Assembly (NCBI RefSeq): GCF_009914755.1
Contig: NC_060944.1
DNA length: 64,000 nucleotides
Strand: one strand, 5' to 3'
Origin: the human T2T-CHM13v2.0 reference genome, Homo sapiens
Part shown: positions 1 through 11,201 of the stretch, piece after piece
How the letters are laid out: every line of letters starts with the position of its first letter
Numbering within the stretch: position 1 is the first letter of the stretch
Program-made: the position numbers and the translations under genes
Notes under the pieces: generated by a model
Told to the model about the DNA's origin: nothing
Seen by the model: only the letters and a program-made list of their open reading frames with translations
Database searches by the model: none

Positions 1-595
1 TTAGATTGCAATGCAATGGAATGGAATGGAAAGTAATGGAATGGAATGGAATGGAATCAACACCTGTGGAATGTAACGCAAACGAATGGAATGGAATGCA
101 ATGGAATCAACAAAAGTGGAATGGAAGGGAATGGAATAGAATGGAATGGAATGGAATGCAATGCAATGAAGCCAACCCAAGTGGAATAGAATGGAATGGA
201 ATTCGATGGAGTGGAATGAAAGGGAATGGAATGGAATGGGATGGAATGGAATTAAACTGAACGGAGTGGATTGGAATTGAATGGAATGAAATGGACAGGA
301 ATACAATGGAATGGAATCAACCCGTGTCGAATGCAATGGAATGGAATGGAATGGAATGGAATGGAACGGAATGGAATGGAAAGCAATTGAATGGAATGGA
401 ATCAACCAGAGTGGAATGCAACGGAATGGAATGGAATGGAATGGAATGGAATGGAATGGAATGGAATGGAATCAACCAGAGTGGAATGGAATGGAATGGA
501 ATGGAATGGAATGGAATGGAATGGGATCAACCAGAGTGAAATGGAATGGAAAATTAAGGAATGGATTGGAATGGAATGGAATGCAATGGAATCAA
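1..595 (+). repeat. 3' end of a type-B higher-order unit
   Basis: Near-identical to 34950-35529 (ACCTGTGG, ATTAAACTGAACGG, AAAATTAAGG; ORF 6..260 matches 34955..35209 except for one residue). Confidence 0.85.
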
Positions 596-1715
596 CCCGA
601 TTGGACTGGAATGCAATGGAATGGAATGGAATGAAATGGAGTCAAACCGACTGGAAGGGAATGGAATGGAATGCAATGGAATCAACTCGAATGGAATGGA
701 ATGGAATGGAATGGAATGGAATGGATTGGAATGGAATGGAATGGAATGGATTCAGTGTGAGAGGAATGGAATGGAAGGGAGTGGAATGGAATAGAACGAA
801 ATGGAATAGAATGGAACGGAATGCAATGGAATGGATTGAAATGGAATGGAAAGGAATAAAATCAAGTGAAATTGGATAGAATGGATTGGAATGGAATGGA
901 ATGGAATGGAATGGAATGGAATGGAATCCACCCAAGTGCAATGGAATGGATTTAAATGGATTGGAATGAAATGGAATGGAATGGAATGGAATGGACTTCA
1001 CACGAGTGCAATGGAATGGAATGGAATGGAACCAACCCGAGTGGAATGGAATGGAATGGAAATTAATGGAATGGAATAGAATGGAATCAACCCGAGTGGA
1101 ATGGAATGGAATGCAATGAAATGGTTTGGAATGGTATGGAATGGAATGGAATGGAATGCAATGGAATGGAATCAAAGCGAGTGGAATGGAATGGAATGAA
1201 ATGGAATGGAATGGAATCAACACGAGTGGAATGGAAGGGAATGGAATGGGATGGGATGGAATGGAATGGAATGCAATGCAATGGAATCAACCCGAGTAGA
1301 ATGGAAAGGAATGGAATGGAATGGAAAGGAATGGAATGGAATGGAATGGAATGGAATGGAATGGAATGGAATGGAATCCACCCGATTACAATGGAAAGGA
1401 ATGGCATGGAATGGAATGGAATGGAATGGATTGGAATGGAATACAAGGGAATGCAATGGAATGGAGTCAACAGGAATGGAATGGAATGGAACCAACACGA
1501 GTGGAATGAAATGGAAAGGAGCGGAATGGACAGGAAAGGAATGGAAAGGAACTGAATGTAATGGAATCGAATGGAGTGGAATTGAATGGAATGAAATGGA
1601 ATCAATGTGAGTGAAATGGAATGGAATGGAACGGAATGGATGGGAATGGAATGGAATGGAATGGAATGGAATGCAATGGAATCAATGAGAGTGCAATGGA
1701 TGGAATGGAATGGAG

Positions 1716-1737
1716 CAAATAAAAAGTAATTTATTTG
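1716..1737. other. AT-rich inverted repeat CAAATAAA-N6-TTTATTTG (9 copies in window)
   Basis: Perfect 8-bp arms with a 6-nt spacer. Also at 12272, 22865, 24634, 36645, 47238, 48961, 53743 and 55507. No function is claimed. Confidence 0.8.
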
Positions 1738-4700
1738 AATGGAATGGAATCAACTGGAATGGAATGGAATGGAATGGAATGGAATGGAATGGAATAGAAT
1801 GCCATGGAATGGAATGGAATGGAATGCCATGGAATGGAATGGAATGGAATTAACAAGAAAGGAAAGGAATGGAATGGAATGGAATGGAATGGAATGGAAT
1901 GGAATGGAATGGAGAAGACGCAAACCGAGTGGAATGGAATGGATTGCAATGGAATGGAAAGGAATGAAATGGAATGCAACGGAATGGAGTGGAATGGAAT
2001 GGAATGGAATGGAATGGAATGGAATGGAATGGAATCAATGCAAGTGTAATTGAATGGAATGGAATGGAATGGAATGGAGTGGAATTGATTGGAATTGATA
2101 TGAATGGAATGGAATCAACCGGAATGGAATGGACTGGAATGGAATGGAATGGAATGGAATCAACTAGAATGGAAAGGAATGGAATGCAATGCAATGGAAT
2201 GGAATGGAATGGAATGGAATCAACCCTTGTGAAATGTAAACCAAAGGAATGGAATGGAATGGAATGGAATTAAATGGAATGGAATCAACAAAAGTGGAAT
2301 GGAATGGAAGGGAATACAACGGAATAGAATGGAATGGAATGGAATAAACCAGAGTGTAATGGAAGGGAATGGAATGCAATGGATTCGATTGGAATTAAAT
2401 TAACTCCATTGGAATGGAGTGGAATGGAATGGAATGGAATGCAAAGAAGCCGATTGGAATGCAGTGGACTGCAAAGGAATGGAATTGAAAGGGATGGAAT
2501 GGAATGGAATGGAATAGAATGCAATGGAATGGAATGGAGTGGAATGGAATTAACAAAAGTGGAATGGAAGGGAATGGAATAGAATGGAATGGAATGGAAT
2601 GGAATGGAATGGAATGGAATGGAATCAACCCGAGTGGAATGGAATTGACGGGATTGGAATGGAATGTAATGAACCCGAGTGGAATTGAATGGAATGGAAT
2701 TGAATGGAATTAACCCGAGTGAAATGGAATGGAAAGGAACTGAATGGAATTTAATGGAATGGAATGGAATGGAATGGAATGGAATGGAATGGTGTCGAAT
2801 AGAATGGTATGGAATGGAATGAACCCTCGTGGAATGGAATGGAATGGAATGGAATGGAATGGAATGGAATGGAATGGAACAGAATGGAACGGAATCTTCC
2901 GCAGTGGAATGGAATGGAATGGAATAGAATCAACCTGAGTGGAATGGAATGGAATGCAATGAAATGTTATAGAATGGTTTAAATGGAAAGGAATGGAATC
3001 GAAACGAGGGGAATGGAATGGAATGGAAACGAATGGAATGGAATGGAATGGAATGGAAACAACCCTAGTGGAATGGAACGAAATGCCAAGGAATGGTATG
3101 CAATGGAATGGAATGGAATAGAATGGAATCAAAACGAGTGGAATGCAATGGAATGGAATGGAATAGATTGGAATGAAACCGAGTGGAATGGAATGCAATG
3201 GAATGGAATGAAATGGAATGGAATGGAATGGAATGGAATGGAATGGAATGGAATGGAATGCAATAGCGCGGAATGGAATGGAATGGAAGGGAATGGAATG
3301 GAATGGAATGCAATGGAATGGAATAGACTGCGACGGAATGGAATGGAATGGTATTGAATGGAAACGATAGGAATGCATTCGAATGGAATCGAATGTAATC
3401 TACTTTTAATGGAAGGGAATGGAATGGAATGGAATGGAATCAATTATATTGGAATGGAATGGAATGAAATGGAATGCAATGGAATGGAAAGGAATGCAAT
3501 CAACCCGTGATAATGGAAAGCAAAGGAATGGAATAGAACGGAATGGAATCAACAAAAGTGGAAAGGAAGGGAATGGAATAGAATGGAATGGAATGGAATG
3601 GATTGGAAGGCAATGGAGTCAACCCAAATGGAATCGAATGTTATGGAATGAAATGGAAGGGAACGAAATGGAATGGAATGGCATGGAATGGAATGGGATG
3701 GAATGCAATTAAACCGAGTGGAGTGTAATGGATTTGAATGGAATGGAATGGAATAAATTGCAATGGAATGGAATGGAATGCAATGGAATGGAATCAACCC
3801 GTCTGGAATGGAATGGAATGGAATGGAAAGGAATGGAAAGCAAGGCAATGGAATGGAATGAACTGCAATGGAATGGAATGGAATGGAATGGAATGGAATG
3901 GAATGGAATGGAATGGATTGGAATCAAACCGAGTGGAATGGAATGGAATGGCATGAAATGGAATGGAATGGAATGGAATGAAATCAACCTGAGTGAAATG
4001 GAATGGAATGGAATGGCATGGAATAGAATGGAATGGAGTGGATGAGAATCAATCTGAGTGGAATGCAAAGGAATGGAATTGAATGAAATGGAATGGAATA
4101 GAATGAACCAGAGTGGAATTGAGTGGAATTGACCGGAATGGAATGGAATGGAATGTAATGGAATGGAATGGAATAAACCCGATTCGAATGCAATGGAAGG
4201 GAATGGAATCGAATGGAATGCAATGGCTTTGAATGGCATCAACAAGAGTGGAGTGCAATGGAATGGAATGGATTGGAATGGAATGGAATCCACACGAGAG
4301 GAATGTAATGGAAAGGAATGGAAAGGAATGGAATCAACCCGAGTCGAATGGAATGCTATGGAATGAAATGGAATGGAATGGAATGGTATGGAATGGAATG
4401 GAATGGAATGGAAAGGAAAGGAATGCAATTGAATCAAAACGAGTGGAATGGAAAGGAATGGAAAGGAATGGAATGGAATTCAATAGAATCAACACGAGTG
4501 GAATGGAAAGAAAGGAATTTAATGGAATGGAAAGGAATGGACTGGAATACAATCCAGTGTACAGGAATAGAATGGAATGGAATGGAATGGAATAAATTCG
4601 AATGGAATGGAATGGAATGCAATGTAATATGATGGAAAGGAATAGAATGCACCCGAATGGAATGGAAAGGAATGGAATGGAATGGAATGGAATGGAATGG

Positions 4701-7700
4701 AATGGATTGGAATGGAATCAACGCGAGTGGAATGCAAAGGAATAGAATGGAATGGAATTAAATGGAATGGAATGTAAAGGAATGGAATGGAATGGAATGG
4801 AATGGAACGGAATCGAATGGAATGGAATGGAATGGAAAGGAATGGAATCAACCCGAGTGGAATGGAATGGAATGGAATGCAATGTAATGGAATGGAATCA
4901 ACCCGAGTGGAATGCAATGGAATGGAATGGAATGGAATGGAATGGAATGGAATGGAATGGAATGGATTGGAATCAACAATGCGTGGAATGTATTGCATTT
5001 GAATAGACTGGAATGAACCCGAGAGGAATGGAATGGAATGGAATGGAATGGAATGGAATGGAATGGAAGGGAATGGAGTGGAATGGAATGGGATGGAATG
5101 GAATGAACCATAGTGGAATGGAATGGAATGGAATGGAATGGAATGGAATGGAATGGAACGGAATCAAGCCGAGTGGAATGAAATGGAATGGAACAGAATC
5201 AACCTGAGTGGAATGGAATGGAATGCAATGAAGTGGTATGAAATGTTTAGAATGGAATGGAATGGACTCAAAACGAGTGGAATGGAATGGAATGGAAATG
5301 AATGGAATGGAGTGGAATGGAAACAACCCGAGTGGAATGGAATGGAATGCAATAGAATGGTATGGAATGGAATGGAATGGAATAGAATGGAATCAAAACG
5401 AGTGGAATGGAATGGAATGGAATGGAATGGAATGGAATGGAATGCAATGGCATGGAATGGAATGGAATGAAATGGAATGGAATGGCATGGAATGGAATGG
5501 AATGGAATGGAATGGAATGGAATTGAATGGAATGGATTGGAATGTGTTGGAATGGAATCGAATGGAATCAACTGGAATGGAAGGGAATGGAATGGAATGG
5601 AATCAGTTAGATTGGAATGGCATGGAATGGAATGGAATGCAATGGAATGTAATGGAATGGAATCAACCCGTGTGGAATGTAATGCAAAGGAATGGTATGG
5701 AATGGAATCAACCAAAGTGGAATGGAACGGAATGGAATAGAATGGAAGGGAATGGAATGGAATCCAATGGAGTCAACCCAAATGGAATCGAATGGAATCG
5801 AATGCAATGGAATGGAAAGAAATGGAATCGAATGGAATGGAATGAAATGGAATGGAATGGAATGGAATGAGATGGGATGCAATGGAATTAAAACGAGTGG
5901 AGTGGAATGGAATGGAATGGAATGGAATGGAATGGAATGGAATGGAATAAATTAGAATGGAATGGAAAGCAATGCCATGGAACGGAATCAACCCCTGTGG
6001 AGTGGAATGGAATGGAATGGCATGGAAAGCAATTGAATGGAATGGAATCAACCAGAGTGCAATGGAGTGGAATGGAATGGAATGGAATGGAATCAACCCG
6101 AGTGAAATGGAATGGAAAGTTACGGAATGGAATGGAATGGAATGGAATGGAATGGAATGGAATGGAATGGAATGGAATGGAATGCAATGGAATGGAATTA
6201 ACCCGAGTAGAATGGCATGGAATGGAATGGAATGGAATGCATTTCAATGGAATGGAATGGAATGGAATGTAGTCAACGCGAGTGGAATGGATTGGAATGG
6301 AATGGAAGGGAATGGAATGGAATGGAATCAACCCGAGTGGAATGGATGGGAGTGGAATGGAATGGAATGGCTAGGAACGGAATGGATTGGAGTGGAATGG
6401 AATGGAGTGGAATAGAATGGAATTCAATGGATAGGTATGGAAGGGAATCGAGTGGAATGGAATGGCATGGAAGAGAATGGAAGGAATGGAAAGGAATCAA
6501 GCCGAGTGGAATCGAAAGGAATGGAATGGAATTGAATGGAATGGATTGGAATTGACAAAACCCGATTGGAATGCAATGGAATGGAACGGAATGAAATGAA
6601 ATGGAAAGGAATGGAACGGAATCAAAGCGATGGGAAAGGAATGCAAAGGAATGAAATGGAATGGAATCCACCCGAGTGAAATGGAATGGAATGGAATGGA
6701 GTGGAATCAACCCAAGTGGAATGGAATCGAATTGAATGGAATGGATTGGAATGGAATGGAATGGAATGGAATGGAATGGAATGGAATGGAATTACCCAGA
6801 GTGAAATGGCATGGAAAGGAACGGAATAGAATTTAATGGAATAGAATGGAATGGAATGGAATCAACCCGAGTGGAATTGAATGGAATGAAATGGAATGCA
6901 ATGTAATGGAATGGAACCAATAAGAGTGGAATGGATTGGAATGGAATGGAATGGAATGAAAGGGAATGGATAAAACGTGAATGGAATGGAATGGAATGGA
7001 ATGGAATGGAATGGAAAAGAATGGAATGGAATGGAATACACCAGAGTGGAATGGAATAGAATGGAATGGAATGGAGTGGAATTAACCCCAGTGGAATGGA
7101 ATGGAATGGAATGGAATGGAATGGAATGGAATGGATTGGAATCAAACCGAGTGGAATGGAATGGAATGCAATGGAATGGAATGGGATGGAATGGAATCAA
7201 ACCGAGTGGAGTGGAATGGAATTGAATGGAATAAATTGGAATGGAAAGGAATGGAATGGAATGAAATGGAAAGGAATGGAATAGAATCAACCACAGTGGA
7301 ATGGAATGGAATGGAATGGAATGGAATGGAATGGAATGGAATGGAATCAACCCGAGTGGAATGGAATTTAATTAAATGGAATGGAATGGAATGAACCCGA
7401 GTGGAATGGAATGAATGGAATTGAATGGAATTAACCCGAGTGAAACGGAATGGAAAGGAACGGAATGGAATTTAATGGAATGGAATGGAATGGAATGGAA
7501 TGGAATGGAATCAACTTGAGTGGAATGGAATGAAATGGAATGGAATGGAAAGCAATGGAATTGAATGGAATCAACCAGAGTTGAATGGAATTGAATGGAA
7601 TGGAATGGAAGGGAATCAACCAAATGGAATGGAATGGAATTGAAACAAACCGAGTGAAATGGAATGGAAAGCTACGGAATGGAATGATTTGGAATCAAAC

Positions 7701-9949
7701 CGAGTGGAATGGAATGGAATGGAATGGAATGGAACGGAATGAAATCAACCTGAGTGGAATGGAATGGAATGGAATGGAATGGAATGGAATGGAATGGAAT
7801 GGGATGGAATAGAATGGAATGGAGTGGATTAGAATCAATCTGAATGGAATGGAAAGGAATGGAAAGGAATGCAATTGAATGGAATGGAATGGAATGGAAT
7901 GGAATTGAATAGAATCAACCAGAGTGGAATGGAGTGGAATGGAACGGAATGGAATGGAATGCAATGGAATAAATCCGAGTAGAATGCAATGGAAAGGAAT
8001 GGAACCAAATGGAATGGAATGGCATTGAATGGGATCAACACGAGTGGAATGGAATGGAATGGAATGGATTGGAATTGAATGGAATTCACCAGAGTGGAAT
8101 ATAATGGAAAAGAATGGAATGTAGTGGAATCAACCCGAGTGGAATGGAATCGTATAGATTGAAATGGAATGGAATGGAATGGTATGGAATGGAATGGAAT
8201 GGAATGGAATGGAAAGGAAAGGAATGCAATGGAATCAAAACGAGTGGAATGGAATGGAATGGAAAGGAATGGAATGGAATTCAATAGAATCAACCAGAGT
8301 GGAATGGAATGGAAAGGAACTGAATGGAATGGAATTGAATGGAATGGAATCCAATCCAGTGTAAGGAAATGGAATTGAATGGAATGGAATGGAATGGAAT
8401 GGAATGGACTGGACTGTAATAAATTTGAGTGGAAAGGAATGGAATGCAATTTAATATAATGGAAATCAATGGAATCCACCCGAATGGAATGGAAAGGAAT
8501 GGAATGGAATGGAATGGAATGGAATGGAATGGAATGGAATGTATTGGAATGGAATCAACTCGAGTGGAATGGAAAGGAATGGAATGGAATGAAATGGAAT
8601 GGAATGGAATGGAATGGAATGGAATGGAATGGAATAGAATGGAAATGAATGGAATCAACCCGAGTTTAATGGAATGGAATGGAATGCAATGGAATGGAAT
8701 GGAATCAACATGAGTGGAATGCAATAGAATGGAATGGAATGGAATGGAATGAAATGGATTGGAATCAACCCACGTGGAATGTAGTGGATTCAAATGGAAT
8801 GGAATCAACACGAGAGGAATGAAATGGAATGGAATGGAATGGAAAGGAATGGAATGGAGTGGAATGGAATGGGATGGAATGGAATGGAATGGAATGGGAT
8901 GGGATAGAATGGAATGGAATGGAATGGAATGGAATGGAATGGAATGGAATGGAATCAACCCTAGTGGAATGGAATGGAATGTAATGGAATGGAATGGAAT
9001 CAACCTGAGTGGAATTGAATTGAATGCAATGAAATGGTATGGAATGATTGGAATGGAATGGAATGGACTCAAAACGAGTGGAATGGAATGGAATGCAATG
9101 GAATGGCATGGAATGGAATGGAATGGAATGGAATGGAATGGAATGGAATGGAATAGAATGGAATGAAAGCGAGTGTAATGGAATGGATTCGAATGGAATG
9201 GTATAGATTGGAATCAAAGAGAGTGGAATGGAATGCAATGAAATGGAATCGAATGGAATGGGATGGAATGCAATGTCATGGAATGGAGTGGAATGGAATG
9301 GAATGGAATGGAATGGAATGGAATGGAATAGAGTGCAACGGAATGGAATGGCATGGAATTGAATGGAATGGATTAGAATGCGTTGGAATGGAGTAGAATG
9401 GAATCAAATGGGATGAAAGGGAATGGAATCGAATGGAATTAAATAGATTACAATGCAATGGAATGGAATGGAAAGCAATGGAATGGAATGGAATGGAATC
9501 AACACGTGTGGAATGTAACGCAAACGAATGGAATGGAATGCAATGGAATCAACAAAAGTGGAATGGAAGGGAATGGAATAGAATGGAATGGAATGGAATG
9601 GAATGCAATGAAGCCAACCCAAGTGGAATAGAATGGAATGGAATTCGACGGAGTGGAATGAAAGGGAATGGAATGGAATGGGATGGAATGGAATTAAACC
9701 CAACGGAGTGAATTGGAATTGAATGGAATGAAATGGACAGGAATGCAATGGAATGGAATCAACCCGTGTCGAATGCAATGGAATGGAATGGAATGGAATG
9801 GAATGGAATGGAATGGAATGGAATGGAATGGGAAGCAATGGAATGGAATGGAATCAACCAGAGTGGAATGCAACGGAATGGAATGGAATGGAATGGAATG
9901 GAATGGAATGGAATCAACCAGAGTGGAATGGAATGGAATGGCATGGAAT

Positions 9950-10050
9950 GGGATCAACCGGAGTGAAATGGAATGGAAAGTTACGGAATGGAATGGAATG
10001 GGATCAACCGGAGGGAAATGGAATGGAAAGTTACGGAATGGAATGGAATG
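9950..10050 (+). repeat. 50-bp local tandem duplication in unit A
   Basis: GGATCAACCGGAG(T/G)GAAATGGAATGGAAAGTTACGG at 9951 and 10001. Also at ~20473/20523 and 44851/44901. Confidence 0.8.
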
Positions 10051-11201
10051 GAATGGAATGGAATCAACACGAGTGAAATGGAATTGAAAGAACGGAATGG
10101 AATTTAATGTAATGGAATGGAATGGAATGGAATCACCCCGAGTGGAATGGAATGGAATGGAATGGAATGGAATGGAATGGAACCAATAAGAGTGGAATGA
10201 TTTAGAATGGAATGGAATGGAATGAAACGGAATGGAATCAACCCGAGTGGAATGGAATGGAATGATATTGAATGGAATGGAATGGAATGGAATCCACCAG
10301 AGTGCAATGGAATAGAATGGAATGGAATGGAGTGGAATTAACCCAAGTGGAATGAAATGGAATCGAATGGAATGAAGTGGAATGGAATGGAATGGAATGG
10401 ATTGGAATCAAACTGAGTGAAATGGAATGGAAAGGAATGGGATGGAATAGAATGGAATGGAGGGGATTGGAATCAATATGAGTGGAATGGAAACGAATGG
10501 AATGGAATGGAAAGGAATGGATTGGAATGGAATGGAATGGAACAGAATCAACCAGAGTGGAATTGAGTTTAATGGACCGGAATGGAATGGAACGGAATGG
10601 AATAAACCCGAGTAGAATGCAAAGGAAGGGAATGGAATCGAATGGAATGGAATGGCGTTGAATGGAATCAACACAAGTGGAATGGAATGGAATGGAATGG
10701 ATTGCAATGGAATGGAATCAACCCGAGTGGAATGTAATGTAATGGAATGGAATGGAATAGAATCAACCCAAGTAGAATGGAATGGTAAGGAATGAAATGG
10801 AATTGAATGGAATGGAATGGTATGGAATGGAATGGAATGCAATGCAATGGAAAGGAATGCAATGGAATCAAAACGAGTGGAATGGAATGGAATGGAAAGG
10901 AATGGAATGGAATTCAATAGAATCAACGCGAGTGGAATGGAATGCAAAGGAATGGAATGGAATGGAATGGAATGGAATGGAATGGAATGGAATGGAATGA
11001 AATGGATTGGAATCAACCCGCATGGAATGTAGTGGATTCGAATGGAATGGAATCAACCCGATAGGAATGGAATGAAATGGAATGGAATGAAATGGAATGG
11101 AATGCAATGGAATTGAATGGAAAGGAATGGAGTCAAACTTACTGGAATGGAAGAGAATGGAATGGAAAGGAATGGAATGGAGTGGAATGCAATGGAATCA
11201 A

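Larger units (their letters stand above)
596..11201 (+). repeat. Higher-order unit A1 (~10.6 kb)
   Basis: Ordered rare words TTCAGTGTGAGAGG (751), GAGAAGACGC (1912), CCCTTGTGAAATGTAAACC (~2224), GGAATCTTCCG (2891), TCTACTTTT (~3399), GCTAGG (6370) and GTAACGCAAACG (~9515) recur ~10.52-10.56 kb downstream. Confidence 0.88.

Noticed and set aside
852-862. Scattered single AATAAA hexamers on the + strand
   Set aside because: They are easily produced by GGAAT followed by an AAA-starting variant pentamer, and have no supporting context.
3392-3412. AT-rich word AATGTAATCTACTTTTAATGG as a possible insertion or terminator
   Set aside because: It is too short, has no target-site duplication or stem, and is explicable as heavily mutated pentamers.
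5266-5278. Mini-hairpins and palindromes such as ACTC-AAAAC-GAGT and ACTCGAGT (~8558)
   Set aside because: Stems of 4 bp arise trivially from decamer variants.
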